Shown piece by piece: positions 9,266 to 19,385 of a stretch of 64,000 nt of DNA (within the stretch, counting starts at the first letter, position 1; each line of letters opens with the position of its first letter). This DNA is from an uncultured Planctomycetaceae bacterium. Its GTDB lineage: Bacteria; Planctomycetota; Planctomycetia; Planctomycetales; Planctomycetaceae. Below the pieces are notes generated by a model. That model was not told where the DNA came from, ran no database searches, and saw only the letters and a list, made by a program, of their open reading frames with translations. The stretch lies in NCBI GenBank assembly GCA_963813715.1, contig CAWFAK010000007.1, positions 224,001 through 288,000 on the forward strand, in the 5' to 3' direction. The position numbers and the translations under genes were made by a program.

Positions 9266-10735
9266 TTGGACCCGAACTTGGTTCCCGCCGAAATCCCCAA
9301 ACCGGGCGATGCCCCGACCGATGCCAACCCGACACTGGCCCGGGCGCTCGGCCTTTTCGACATCACCATGCTGGTCATGGGCAGCGTTATCGGGGCCGGC
9401 ATCTTCGTGGTCCCGCACGACGTCGCCAAGATAGTGCATACGCCCGAACTCGTCCTAATCGCGTGGGTTTTGGGCGGGGTGGTGAGCTTGGCGGGCAGCC
9501 TTGTGTACGCGGACCTCGTCCGGCGTCGCCCCCACGTCGGCGGACAGTACGCGTTCCTGCGCGAGGCGTACCATCCCGTCGTCGCCTTTCTGTACGGCTG
9601 GTGCCTCCTCTGGGTCATTCAGTCCGGCGGGATGGCGTCGGTGGCCGTGGTCTTCGCGCGCTACTTCATGGAATTGGGAAATCTCTTCCCGGCCATCCTC
9701 TCCGGTTCGCCGGCCGAGGCCCCCGGCACGGCGGCGGGCGACACGCTGGTCGGCAAGGTAATCGCGGCCGTCGCTATCGCCATCTTGACGGCCGTCAACT
9801 GCCTGGGAGTCCGAACCGCAAGCACGGCGCAGAACCTCTTCATGGTGCTCAAAGTCCTTGCCATCGTTGTCCTGATCGCCTGCGGCCTGCTCGTTGCGCT
9901 GCCGTCGGGCGGACAATCCGGCGGCCAGATAGCTGAGACTGCCGGAGCGTGGTGGATGGTGCCCGCCTTGGCCGCCGCCCTGGTGCCGGTCCTGTTCGCT
10001 TTCGGCGGCTGGCACACGACGACGTTTATGGCGGCCGAGGTTCGCGACGCCCGACGGACCTTGCCGCGTGGCCTGCTTCTAGGCGTCGCGGGCGTGACGG
10101 TGCTCTACCTGGGTGTGAATTACGTCTGCCTGCGCGTCCTGGGCGTGGAGGAACTGGCCGCCAACGGCAGCCCCGCGTACGAAGTCATGCGCCGGGCGCT
10201 GGGCGGGCCCGGCGCGGTCATCCTTTCGGCCGGGATCGCCGTCTCGGCCTTGGGCTTCCTGAGCCAGGCGGTGCTCACGTCGCCCCGCGTTTATTTCGCG
10301 ATGGCCCGCGACGGCCTCTTCTTCCAAGCCGTCGCCCGCATCCACCCGCGCACCCGAGTCCCCGTCGTCGCCATCCTGCTCCAAGGCGCGTTCGCGAGCG
10401 TCATTGCAGTGTCGGGCACGTTTCACCAGATTCTGAACTACGTCATGTCGGTCGAATTGGTGTTCCTAGCCCTGACGGCCTTGAGCCTGTTCATTTTGCG
10501 GCGCAGAGACAAAGCTGAGGCGATCGTCGCGAGCGACACAGTGCCGGGTCATCCGGTGACCACGTTACTTTTCGCGGCGGCAACGCTCGCCGTGGTCGCC
10601 GCCATCGTTTACGAGTATCCGGCGAACAGCGCGATCGGACTCGGGATCGCCGCGGCAGGGGTTCCGGTCTACGCCTTCTGGCGGTGGTGGAACCGCGGAG
10701 GAAAGAACACGGTGGAGCTTGATCATTTCGGATAA
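9266..10735 (+). CDS. APC-family amino acid permease (start uncertain)
   Basis: GSVIGAGIF, GGQYAFLREAY, FAFGGW, about 12 hydrophobic segments. Confidence 0.9.
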   Translation: MDPNLVPAEIPKPGDAPTDANPTLARALGLFDITMLVMGSVIGAGIFVVPHDVAKIVHTPELVLIAWVLGGVVSLAGSLVYADLVRRRPHVGGQYAFLREAYHPVVAFLYGWCLLWVIQSGGMASVAVVFARYFMELGNLFPAILSGSPAEAPGTAAGDTLVGKVIAAVAIAILTAVNCLGVRTASTAQNLFMVLKVLAIVVLIACGLLVALPSGGQSGGQIAETAGAWWMVPALAAALVPVLFAFGGWHTTTFMAAEVRDARRTLPRGLLLGVAGVTVLYLGVNYVCLRVLGVEELAANGSPAYEVMRRALGGPGAVILSAGIAVSALGFLSQAVLTSPRVYFAMARDGLFFQAVARIHPRTRVPVVAILLQGAFASVIAVSGTFHQILNYVMSVELVFLALTALSLFILRRRDKAEAIVASDTVPGHPVTTLLFAAATLAVVAAIVYEYPANSAIGLGIAAAGVPVYAFWRWWNRGGKNTVELDHFG

Positions 10736-10930
10736 ACGAACCTCGACTGGCTCGTTTGCGTGCTTCGCGGCATCGCCCTGCCTGCCTGTGCACAATTGCC
10801 GAATTTCCTGAGATTCGCGTTCCGGAATTCTCATTACGGAAATCAAATCACCGGGAACTCGTCGGATCGCAGATTTTTCGGGATTGGAAACTCGTTGATT
10901 CGGCCGCGTTCCAAAGTTTTTAACGCCGGC

Positions 10931-11075
10931 GACGGGTGGCCGGGGAGCTCCGCGTAGCGGAAGCGCCGGAACGCCGGTTCAGCCCGCCACTTGCTTCCGA
11001 ACTGTCAGGACATTCCCGGCCGAACGAACTGACGGAGAAACGGGGGCTTCCGCGAAGCGGAGCGCCCCGCCACAC
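10931..11075. repeat. REP-like repeat family A, inverted pair (empty IS target)
   Basis: GGGTGGCCGGGGAGCTCCGCGTAGCGGAAGCGCCGG, with an inverted copy CGGGGGCTTCCGCGAAGCGGAGCGCCCCGCCACAC at 11041-11075. Confidence 0.85.
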
Positions 11076-11197
11076 AACACGACCCCCCCGCCACTTCTCG
11101 CAAATTGCGCAAAAATCCGGAAAATAGACCTCAGGGCAGAAAATAAAGGGGTGGGCTGGCGCATCGTTCCTTTGAGAGTTGTGCGGCGAGGGTCTTT

Positions 11198-11842
11198 GTG
11201 ACCGCGGCAGACCATGGTCAGACTGATCCCGGCCGGACAGACCCGCCGCCGAAAAACACTGGCGGACAAGCCGCCAGTGCTACCCGGTCGGAAACAGGCC
11301 GGATCGATGCGGCTCTCGTCGCCGAGCTTTACGATCGTTACGCCGAGGAAATCGGCTCGTTCTTAAAGGGTGTGCTGCGGAACTCCGACCTGGCGGCCGA
11401 GGCTCTGCAAAACACTTTTGCCAAAGCAGTTGAGTCGGGCCATACGGCCCGGGAGGAAACGCTCAAAGGGTGGCTGTTTCGGGTGGCTTTTCACGAAGCC
11501 GCCCTGCTCCGGCGACGCGGTCAGGTGCATGAACGCTCGCTGAGGCAAATGGCCCGCAACAGCCCGGCCGCGAACGAATCGGCCGAGCAACCCCACGAGC
11601 GGCTCGCACGAGACGAAACACTGGCCGAAGTTCGCCGGGCCCTCCGGGAGCTTCCGCCGGATCAGCGACAAGTGGTGCAGATGCGGATTTATGAGGAGAA
11701 GTCGTTCGCGGAAATCGCCGCCGACCTCTCCTTGCCGCTGGGCACCGTGTTGACGCGGATGCGGCTGGCCATGCAAAAACTGTCGCGACACATGCGGCCA
11801 CCGGGGAGCGAAGGCCCCTCGGACCGCGGTCGCCACGGATGA
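11198..11842 (+). CDS. ECF (sigma-70 group 4) RNA polymerase sigma factor
   Basis: Region 2 (AEALQNTF...LKGWLFRVA) and region 4 (LPPDQRQVV...EIAADL...GTVLTRMRLA). Confidence 0.92.
   Translation: MTAADHGQTDPGRTDPPPKNTGGQAASATRSETGRIDAALVAELYDRYAEEIGSFLKGVLRNSDLAAEALQNTFAKAVESGHTAREETLKGWLFRVAFHEAALLRRRGQVHERSLRQMARNSPAANESAEQPHERLARDETLAEVRRALRELPPDQRQVVQMRIYEEKSFAEIAADLSLPLGTVLTRMRLAMQKLSRHMRPPGSEGPSDRGRHG
11257..11285. repeat. REP-like repeat family B, single copy in the 5' part of the sigma factor ORF
   Basis: CACTGGCGGACAAGCCGCCAGTGCTACCC differs at one base from 43711-43739. Confidence 0.85.
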
Positions 11843-11849
11843 CCTTTAT

Positions 11850-12671
11850 ATGAAGACAAATGGAACACCTCGAGACGACAGCGCGGCAAGCGGGCCGAAC
11901 GGCACGCTCGGTCCGGATGCCGAATGGTCCGCGCTGCGTTACGTGCTGGGCGAAATGACGGCCGCCGAGGCGGACGCCTTCGAGCAGACCTTGGCGAGCG
12001 ACCCGCAGGCCTGCGAGCAAGTCGCCGCGGCGACCCGCCTGACGAACACGGTTTACAGTGTCCTCGCTACCGAGGAGCCGATTGACAACGTCCTCGCTAC
12101 CGAGGAGCCGATTGACGACGTCCTCGCTACCGACGATCGAAACACGGTCCTCGCAGCCGAGCTCTCGGGCCAGGCGCCAAACGGAGTCGGAATGCCTCAG
12201 TCCGCCCGACCCACTCCGGTTGTTGTGCCGGCCCGCTCGGTGCGAGGCCCACAAGTGCGCAGCGGACAGTGGGCCATCGTCGGCCTGGCGGCCGCGGTCT
12301 GTGTGGTCGTCGCCGGCGGCCTGAGCTGGCTGTCGGCCCCGAACACTCCGCAGGACGCCACGGCGTTGGACCGCGCGGACGGTGCGGGCTCACTCGTCGC
12401 CATGTGGACTGAGCAGTCGGCCGAGGCCGCGGAAGAATCGTCGACGACGGGAGCGGTCGCTGGCGAACATGCGAACGCGGACGAAACCGTGGCATTGTCA
12501 GAGGGAGTGGGAGTGGCCGTCGCCGACGCCGACGATCTCAATGGCACGGACGAGGACGAAGTGCTGATTGCCGACGACGATTACAACGTTCCCGGCTGGA
12601 TGATCGCGGCCGTCGACAACAGTCACAGCTTCACCCCCGGCAATCCATCGATGGACGTGCAGGAGAACTGA
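11850..12671 (+). CDS. Putative membrane-anchored anti-sigma factor
   Basis: Directly follows the ECF gene; YVLGEM..AE..AFE..L N-terminal anti-sigma-like motif, one TM segment, acidic C-terminus. Confidence 0.75.
   Translation: MKTNGTPRDDSAASGPNGTLGPDAEWSALRYVLGEMTAAEADAFEQTLASDPQACEQVAAATRLTNTVYSVLATEEPIDNVLATEEPIDDVLATDDRNTVLAAELSGQAPNGVGMPQSARPTPVVVPARSVRGPQVRSGQWAIVGLAAAVCVVVAGGLSWLSAPNTPQDATALDRADGAGSLVAMWTEQSAEAAEESSTTGAVAGEHANADETVALSEGVGVAVADADDLNGTDEDEVLIADDDYNVPGWMIAAVDNSHSFTPGNPSMDVQEN
12060..12133 (+). repeat. In-frame 30-bp tandem repeat (about 2.5 copies)
   Basis: GTCCTCGCTACCGAGGAGCCGATTGACRAC x2 plus a partial third; encodes VLATEEPIDN/D. Confidence 0.9.
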
Positions 12672-12674
12672 TTG

Positions 12675-13547
12675 ATGCCGGCGTTTCGTGGTTTTCTTGT
12701 CGCTTTGTCCGCAGCCTTCGTGATCGTCGGCGTGGCCAGCCTGAACGCTCGGGCCGGCGATCCGCCCACGAACGCCAACGGGCAGGCGGCAACCGGCAAA
12801 TCGACCACCGACAAGAATGGCGCCGACAAGACGAACGTCGGCAAAACAGGGGCCGACAAATCGACGAACGGCAAATCGCCGGCCACGAGCCAAGTGGGCA
12901 AATCTGCCGCGGCAAAAAAAACCAACGTCCGACCCCCTGCCCCGCTCTCGGCGGAACGTGAGGCGGCCGCGCTCGCCTTTGGCCGAGCGCATCATCCCGA
13001 ATTAGCCGCGTTGATCGACAAGCTGCATCGCGACAATCGTCGGGACTATGACCGTGCGATCCGAGAGCTGTCGCAAGCGTGCGAGCGATTGACGCGGCTT
13101 AAAAAACAATCGGCCGAGCAGTACGAGCTGTCGCTGGCCGCCTGGAAACTCGATTCGCGGGCCCAACTGCTGGCCGCCCGCCTGACGATCTCGCAGACGC
13201 CGGCGCTCGAGGCCGAGCTGAAGCAAGTTCTGGCTGACCGGGCCGACGTGCGACTGAAGGAATTCAAGTTCGAGCAAGCCCGTCTGCAAGACCGGCTGAC
13301 CAAGGTCAAGGCTTCGATTCAGGCCCTGGAGAGCGACAAGAACGGGCTGGTCGAAAAAGACCTGCTACGCATCAAACGGTCGATCGCTAGCCGCCGCCGT
13401 CCCGCAAAACCCGCCAACAAGTCCGCCATCGCCTCGAAGGCTCCCGTGACCGAACCGCCGCGGCCCCCGGCCGTCCCGACCACCGCAGCTTCGGTCACTC
13501 CGCCTGCCGACGCGTCAGCGGCTTCCCGCACCAATAAACAGCAATAG
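12675..13547 (+). CDS. Secreted coiled-coil hypothetical protein of the ECF-DUF1549 cassette
   Basis: Signal peptide, low-complexity N-terminus, HHPEL motif and helical core. Confidence 0.75.
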   Translation: MPAFRGFLVALSAAFVIVGVASLNARAGDPPTNANGQAATGKSTTDKNGADKTNVGKTGADKSTNGKSPATSQVGKSAAAKKTNVRPPAPLSAEREAAALAFGRAHHPELAALIDKLHRDNRRDYDRAIRELSQACERLTRLKKQSAEQYELSLAAWKLDSRAQLLAARLTISQTPALEAELKQVLADRADVRLKEFKFEQARLQDRLTKVKASIQALESDKNGLVEKDLLRIKRSIASRRRPAKPANKSAIASKAPVTEPPRPPAVPTTAASVTPPADASAASRTNKQQ

Positions 13548-13667
13548 ACCGGCCAGCGCAAACAAACAGTCGAAATCCATCCGCTCTAGTGAAGCGTTCG
13601 CGACGGACAACCAACCCGCCTGCTGCAAGCCACAGGCGGCCGAAAAGGATCAGGGGGACGAGCAGAC

Positions 13668-16600
13668 ATGATCGCACTGGCCAGGATCGCACGGGGGATA
13701 GCCGCGCGAATTACGATCATTGCCCTCGGAGTTGTCGGCCTTTCAGCCGGCGCGGCGATCTGTGCGCCGTCGCCCAATACACCGGCCAGCAGTGACGCTT
13801 CGAAGCCCGCGGTTGCCGCCACGACGTCGAAATCATCTGACGCCGCGCCGCTTGCTCCAGCCGCCGTCGCCAAGACGCAGTCCAAAAAGGACGAAAAGCC
13901 GCTCGAGCCGATTTCCAAGCGGTTTGCCGCGGCCATCAGCCGGGAGACGCCCTCGTTTCAACGGCACGTCACGCCCCTGTTGGGCAAGCTCGGCTGCAAC
14001 GGCCGGGCTTGTCACGGTTCGTTCCAGGGGCGCGGCGGTTTTCGGCTCTCGCTCTTCGGTTACGACTTCAAGATGGATCACGACGCTCTGATGGCGGGCG
14101 AAGAAGGCCCGCGCGTCAACGTCAAGAACCCCGATGCCAGCCTGATCCTGCAGAAGCCGACGCTCCGCATGGACCACGAAGGGGGCAAGCGTTACGAGCT
14201 GGGGAGCTGGGAACATCACGTTCTGTTGAAGTGGATTCAAAGCGGTGCCCCGGGCGTCAAACCGGGCGACCCGACCTTGGCCCGGCTGGAAGTGCGGCCG
14301 GCCGAAATTCGCTTCGCCAAGAAAGGCGAAAAAGTCGCTCTGCGGGCCATCGCTCACTGGACCGACGGCACCAGCGAAGACGTCACTCCGCTGTGCCGCT
14401 ACCAATCGAACGACGAGCAAATTGCCAAGATCGACACCAACGGCCAAGTGACCGCGGTCGAGCCGGGCGATTCGCATGTCGTCGCGTTTTACGATGCCGG
14501 CGTCACGCCCGTCCCGGTGATGCAGCCGGTGTCGGACGTGGTCGGCAACAAGTATCCCGACGTTCCCACGCCGACCGAGATCGACCGCCTGGTCGTGCAA
14601 AAACTCCGCAAGCTGGGGATCGTGCCGTCGGACGTCTGCACCGACGCCGAGTATCTCCGCCGGGTGAGCCTGGACCTGACGGGCACCCTGCCGACGGCCG
14701 ACGAGGTCGTGAAATTCCTGGCCGACAAGTCGCCCGAGAAGCGGCACAAGAAGGTCGACGAGCTGCTCGAGCGGCCGACGTACGTCGCCTGGTGGACCAC
14801 TCGTTTGTGCGACCTCACCGGCAACACGGACCGGTCGCTGGCCAACATCACTCCCGTCAACACGAAGATCGCCAGCGAAGAATGGTACGACTGGATCGAG
14901 AAACGCGTCCGCCAGAACGTCCCCTACGACAAGCTTGTCGCAGGCATCGTGCTGGCGACCAGCCGTCCGCTCGGCCAGACCTACACCGAATACTCCGACG
15001 AGATGACGGCCCTCTACCGCAAGACGCCGGCAGGCAATTATGCCGACCATCCGGGGCTGACGCATTTCTGGGCGCGGCGCAACATCGGCCAACCGGCGCA
15101 GAAGGCCCTGAGCTTTGCGTACACGTTCCTGGGAATTCGGATCCAGTGTGCCGAGTGTCACAAGCATCCGTTCGACCAGTGGACGCAGGACGACTACAAG
15201 GACTTCACCAAGTTCTTCACTCGCGTGCGTTACGGGACCAATCCGGAAGATGCGGCGGAGCGCAAAGAACTCAATGACTCGCTGCACCTCGACGCGAAGA
15301 AGCTCGTCGACATTCGCCGCGAGTATCCGCGACTGATCGCCGAGGGGAAAACACTCCCCTTCGATGAGCTGTTCGTCGCGCCGCTGCGAACGCGCGGCTC
15401 GCTGATGGCCCAACGGCCGGGCGCCTTGCGTCCGCAAGCGAAAGGCAAAGCGAAAGCGAAGGACGCCAAAGGCACGAAGGCCAAGATGGCCGACGCCAGC
15501 CGTCCGCGAAAACCGCTCGCCGCCCAGAGGCCGCAGGCCGCAGGCAAAACCACGAAGCCGATCGTCGCCCAGCGCGACGACAAGAAGACCGCCGACGGAA
15601 AGTCGGGCCAGACCGCCAAGAACGACCCCGCGAAGAACGACGCCAAGTCGCCGACGAAAAAGCCGGGCGAGCGCAAGCCCCTCGTCGCACTGCGTCCGGG
15701 ACAAAAACCGCCGGCAGCCAACGTCGCCAAGCGGAGGCAGCCGCAACCGATTCAGGATGGCACCGCCCGCCTGTTGGGCGCCGGCGTGGTCGACCTCACC
15801 AAGTACGACGATCCGCGGACTCCGCTGATGGATTGGCTGCGAGCGAAGAACAATCGCTTCTTTGCCCGCGCGTTCGTCAACCGCGTGTGGGCCAACTACT
15901 TCAACGTCGGCATCGTCAACCCGCCCGACGATCTCAGCCTGTCCAATCCGCCCAGCAACGCCGCGCTGCTCGACTACCTTGCCAACGGCTTCATCAAGCA
16001 CAACTACGACATGAAGTGGCTGCATCGCGAAATCACCAGCAGCCGCACCTACCAGATGAGCTGGAAGCCCAACGCGACCAATCGGCTCGACCAGCGGAAC
16101 TTCAGCCACGCCGTGCTGCGTCGGTTGCCGGCGGAGGTGGCCTACGACGCCGTTCGCCAGGCCACGTCCTCTGATCAGGCGGTGGCGGGCATGCAAGCCG
16201 ACTGCAGCGACCGGGCGATCGGCATCGCAGGAACCACGCGTCGCGGCGGCCGGGCGATTTCGCCCTACGCCCTGGGACTGTTCGGCCGCTCGGTCCGCGA
16301 GACCAACTGCGACTGCGACCGCTCGAACGAGCCGAGCCTGTTGCAGACTGTCTTCCTGCGAAATGACAACGAGATGCTGTCGCTCGTCAGCAATCCGCGA
16401 ACCGGCTGGATCGCCCAGATCGCCTCGGAACTGCAACCGAAGCCGACCGGCAAGCCCCGCCCCGCCGCGAAGAAGCCCTCCGGCACCGCGAAAATGGCGG
16501 CGTCGAACAAAGACGTCTCCAAGAAAGACATCGTTAAGAAAGACACTCTCAAGCAGCAGCCGGCGAACGACGGTGTGAAAACGGTCCTCGCCAAGAACGA

Positions 16601-17075
16601 CACGACCACGCCAGATACCACTAAGAAAGACATCGCAAAGAAAGACCCGGTCAAGAAAGACGCCGCCAAGAAGGACGCGAAGAACGTCGGCGACCCCAAC
16701 GGCGAAATGCTCACGCCGGAGCAGAAGGCGCGGCGGATCGCACAGATCACGGCCCGGCTGCAAAAGGCGCAGGAAGCCGGCGACGCGCGTCAGGTCAAGC
16801 TGATCACGCTGCGGCTCGAAGAGGTCAAGCGTCTGCCCACGAAGGCACGTCCCGCCGCCGCGCCCATCGGCGTGATGAAACCGTCGCAGCTCGCCCTCTC
16901 CAAGAAGAAGGATCTGATCCGCACGGTCTACCTGCGAACGCTGAGCCGGTATCCCAAGGACCAGGAATCGGATCGGGCGCTCGCCTACCTCAACAGCTCC
17001 GACAACGTCTTTAGCGGCCTCCGCGACGTGGTGTGGGCCGTCGTCAACACCGAAGAATTCATCGTCAATCACTAG
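13668..17075 (+). CDS. DUF1549/DUF1553 (PSD1-type) protein with Ig-like domain
   Basis: GCNGRACHG, YLRRVSLDLTGTLP, IQCAECHKHPF, FARAFVNRVWANYF, EEFIVNH. Confidence 0.9.
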   Translation: MIALARIARGIAARITIIALGVVGLSAGAAICAPSPNTPASSDASKPAVAATTSKSSDAAPLAPAAVAKTQSKKDEKPLEPISKRFAAAISRETPSFQRHVTPLLGKLGCNGRACHGSFQGRGGFRLSLFGYDFKMDHDALMAGEEGPRVNVKNPDASLILQKPTLRMDHEGGKRYELGSWEHHVLLKWIQSGAPGVKPGDPTLARLEVRPAEIRFAKKGEKVALRAIAHWTDGTSEDVTPLCRYQSNDEQIAKIDTNGQVTAVEPGDSHVVAFYDAGVTPVPVMQPVSDVVGNKYPDVPTPTEIDRLVVQKLRKLGIVPSDVCTDAEYLRRVSLDLTGTLPTADEVVKFLADKSPEKRHKKVDELLERPTYVAWWTTRLCDLTGNTDRSLANITPVNTKIASEEWYDWIEKRVRQNVPYDKLVAGIVLATSRPLGQTYTEYSDEMTALYRKTPAGNYADHPGLTHFWARRNIGQPAQKALSFAYTFLGIRIQCAECHKHPFDQWTQDDYKDFTKFFTRVRYGTNPEDAAERKELNDSLHLDAKKLVDIRREYPRLIAEGKTLPFDELFVAPLRTRGSLMAQRPGALRPQAKGKAKAKDAKGTKAKMADASRPRKPLAAQRPQAAGKTTKPIVAQRDDKKTADGKSGQTAKNDPAKNDAKSPTKKPGERKPLVALRPGQKPPAANVAKRRQPQPIQDGTARLLGAGVVDLTKYDDPRTPLMDWLRAKNNRFFARAFVNRVWANYFNVGIVNPPDDLSLSNPPSNAALLDYLANGFIKHNYDMKWLHREITSSRTYQMSWKPNATNRLDQRNFSHAVLRRLPAEVAYDAVRQATSSDQAVAGMQADCSDRAIGIAGTTRRGGRAISPYALGLFGRSVRETNCDCDRSNEPSLLQTVFLRNDNEMLSLVSNPRTGWIAQIASELQPKPTGKPRPAAKKPSGTAKMAASNKDVSKKDIVKKDTLKQQPANDGVKTVLAKNDTTTPDTTKKDIAKKDPVKKDAAKKDAKNVGDPNGEMLTPEQKARRIAQITARLQKAQEAGDARQVKLITLRLEEVKRLPTKARPAAAPIGVMKPSQLALSKKKDLIRTVYLRTLSRYPKDQESDRALAYLNSSDNVFSGLRDVVWAVVNTEEFIVNH

Positions 17076-17170
17076 AGCGACGCTCTCGAAGACGACTCAC
17101 GAGAGCGAGACAAAAACCGACGGCAACCGCACACCAGCCTCACGAATCAATCAGGAAAGGAACACAATCG

Positions 17171-18493
17171 ATGGCCATCAACCTCACGTGCGACGGGATC
17201 AGTCGACGCGACTTTCTCACCGTCGGCGCCTTGGGCACCGGCTTGACCCTGGCCGGCTACCTGCGGCTGTCGGCCGCGGCCGAGCTGTCGCCCCATAAAG
17301 AGCAGTCGCGGAAGCTGAAGGGCCGCGCCAAGTCGGCCATTTTCATCAACCTGGGCGGCGGTCCTTCCCATACCGACACCTTCGACCTCAAGCCGACGGC
17401 GCCGACCGAATACCGGGGCACGTTCAATCCCATCCCCACGGCCGCGGCCGGCGTGCAGATCTGCGAGCACCTGCCGAAGATGGCCAAGAGCTTCGGGCAC
17501 TTCGCCCTGTTGCGAAGCATCACGCACACGCTGGCGGCCCACGAGCTGGGCACGCTTTACGTCAACTCGGGGAACCGGCCGATCAACTCGCTCGATTTTC
17601 CCAGCTTCGGAGCCGTCGTCAGCAAGGAGATGCCCGGCCGTCGCGACCTGCCTCCGTTTGTGGCGATTCCGAATACGCCCCAGCGGACCGGCTTCCTCGG
17701 CGTGCAGTACTCGGCCCTCAGCACCAGCGACATTCCGAAGCCGGGCAAGCCCTTCGGCGTGCGGGGCATTTCGCTCGGCAACGGGCTGACCGTGGCCGAC
17801 GTCGAAAAGCGGCAGCACCTGCTGGCCGATCTCGATAAGACGTTCCGCAGCGTCGACACCAAGAGCACGCTCTTGGACGGGCTCGACCGGTTCGGACGCC
17901 AGGCTTACGAGATCATCACGTCGAAGCGGGCCCGCGAAGCGTTCGACGTCAGCCGCGAGTCGCCCGCCTTCTGCACTCCGTACGGCAAAACGCCGTTCGG
18001 CATGAGCTGCCTGTTGGCGACGCGGCTGGTCGAGTCGGGCGTTCGGTTCGTGACCATCAACTACGGCGGCTGGGACACGCACTTCGACAACTGGAACGTG
18101 CTTGCCAAGAAGCAGCTGCCGCCGCTCGACGAAGGTCTCAGTGCGCTCGTCAATGGCCTCGAGTCGAAGGGCCTGCTCGACTCGACCGTGATCCTGATGA
18201 CGGGCGAATTCGGCCGCACGCCCAAGATCAACCCGCAGCGGGCCGGCCGCGACCACTACCCGCGAGCCATGTCGATGGTGATGGCCGGCGGCGGAATTCG
18301 CGGTGGCCAGGTGATCGGCGCCACGGACGAAAAAGGCACCGAGCCGACGCGCGACGCCCATGCTCCGGACGACGTCGCGGCGACGTTCTACACCGCGCTG
18401 GGCATCAACCCGACCAAGGAATACCACACCAACACGGGTCGCCCGGTGATGATCGTCCGCGAAGGCACGCCGATCGACAAGCTGCTCGCCTGA
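17171..18493 (+). CDS. DUF1501 domain protein (Tat-like RR leader)
   Basis: SRRDFL, GGPSHTDTFD, GWDTH, GEFGRTP, GRDH. Confidence 0.93.
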   Translation: MAINLTCDGISRRDFLTVGALGTGLTLAGYLRLSAAAELSPHKEQSRKLKGRAKSAIFINLGGGPSHTDTFDLKPTAPTEYRGTFNPIPTAAAGVQICEHLPKMAKSFGHFALLRSITHTLAAHELGTLYVNSGNRPINSLDFPSFGAVVSKEMPGRRDLPPFVAIPNTPQRTGFLGVQYSALSTSDIPKPGKPFGVRGISLGNGLTVADVEKRQHLLADLDKTFRSVDTKSTLLDGLDRFGRQAYEIITSKRAREAFDVSRESPAFCTPYGKTPFGMSCLLATRLVESGVRFVTINYGGWDTHFDNWNVLAKKQLPPLDEGLSALVNGLESKGLLDSTVILMTGEFGRTPKINPQRAGRDHYPRAMSMVMAGGGIRGGQVIGATDEKGTEPTRDAHAPDDVAATFYTALGINPTKEYHTNTGRPVMIVREGTPIDKLLA

Positions 18494-18519
18494 CGCGAAA
18501 CGCAGCTCTAGAAAACTCG

Positions 18520-18558
18520 AAAGCACACTGGCAGCCCCTCCGCCAGTGTGCTTTTTTT
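18520..18558 (+). terminator. Intrinsic terminator after the DUF1501 gene
   Basis: Stem AAAGCACACTGGC / GCCAGTGTGCTTT followed by a T-run. Confidence 0.8.
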
Positions 18559-18753
18559 GCGTCGTTGCTCGAGGCGATTCCACGACGCCGCGAACGGAGC
18601 GGTCTTCGAGCCGCGGGATCCGCTCCTTGCGTGCAAAATTTCGCGGGCACTATAATCGCTGGCTGACCGTGGTGTCTGGTGCGAACGCAGCCCGCAGTCC
18701 GTTCAGTTGTTCGGTTGTTTCAGCCTTCGATCGATTTCAGGGGGAACCCCACG

Positions 18754-19152
18754 GTGCTCGTGCGGATGGAACTGGCGCGGATCGTCATCAGTGACATTAG
18801 CAGCGAGCAGATCATTTACCTGCGCGAAGTCGATGGGTCACGCACCTTCCCGATCCTGATCGGCCTCTTCGAGGCGACCAGCATCGACCGCCGCGTGAAG
18901 GGCGAAGTCCCCACCCGCCCGCTGACGCACGACCTGCTCAAAAACACCATCCAGGAGCTGGGCGGCGAAGTGCAGGACGTGGTGATCAACAACCTGATGG
19001 ATCACACGTATTACGCGGTCCTGCGGGTCCGCGTGAACGGCGAAGTGATCGAGATCGACAGCCGCCCCAGCGACGCCATCGCCCTCTCAGTCCACTTCGA
19101 CCCGGTGCTGCCGATCTACGTCGAAGACTCAGTCCTAGGCGAAGTCGCCTAG
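18754..19152 (+). CDS. Bifunctional nuclease family protein (DUF151)
   Basis: FPILIGLFEA, RPLTHDL, IDSRPSDAIAL. Confidence 0.92.
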   Translation: MLVRMELARIVISDISSEQIIYLREVDGSRTFPILIGLFEATSIDRRVKGEVPTRPLTHDLLKNTIQELGGEVQDVVINNLMDHTYYAVLRVRVNGEVIEIDSRPSDAIALSVHFDPVLPIYVEDSVLGEVA

Positions 19153-19385
19153 CCGCCAATGGCCCGCCAATGGCGGTTTCGTGCGGGCTAGCCGCGTGGA
19201 CGTCAGTAAAAATGTCACGCGGATAGCGGGAAGAAAAGTGACCGCGTGCGGCTTTGCGCGGCTATCAGGGGAGGGCTCAATGGTGCCGGGATGCAGGAGA
19301 CGCTTCGTCGAGCGTTACGACGTGCCCGACACGATGAATCATCCGGCGGCGGCCATGACCTGGAAATGACACGGCGATCAGATCG

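Noticed and set aside
13833..17072. 1079-aa antisense ORF, and similar long shadow ORFs (17147-18583, 41493-42842, 56219-58120)
   Set aside because: Reverse-strand shadows of high-GC genes; no recognisable motifs
18526..18548. Further copy of REP family B
   Set aside because: Shares only CACTGGC/GCCAGTG arms, lacks the GTGG foot, and is better explained as an intrinsic terminator with a T-run
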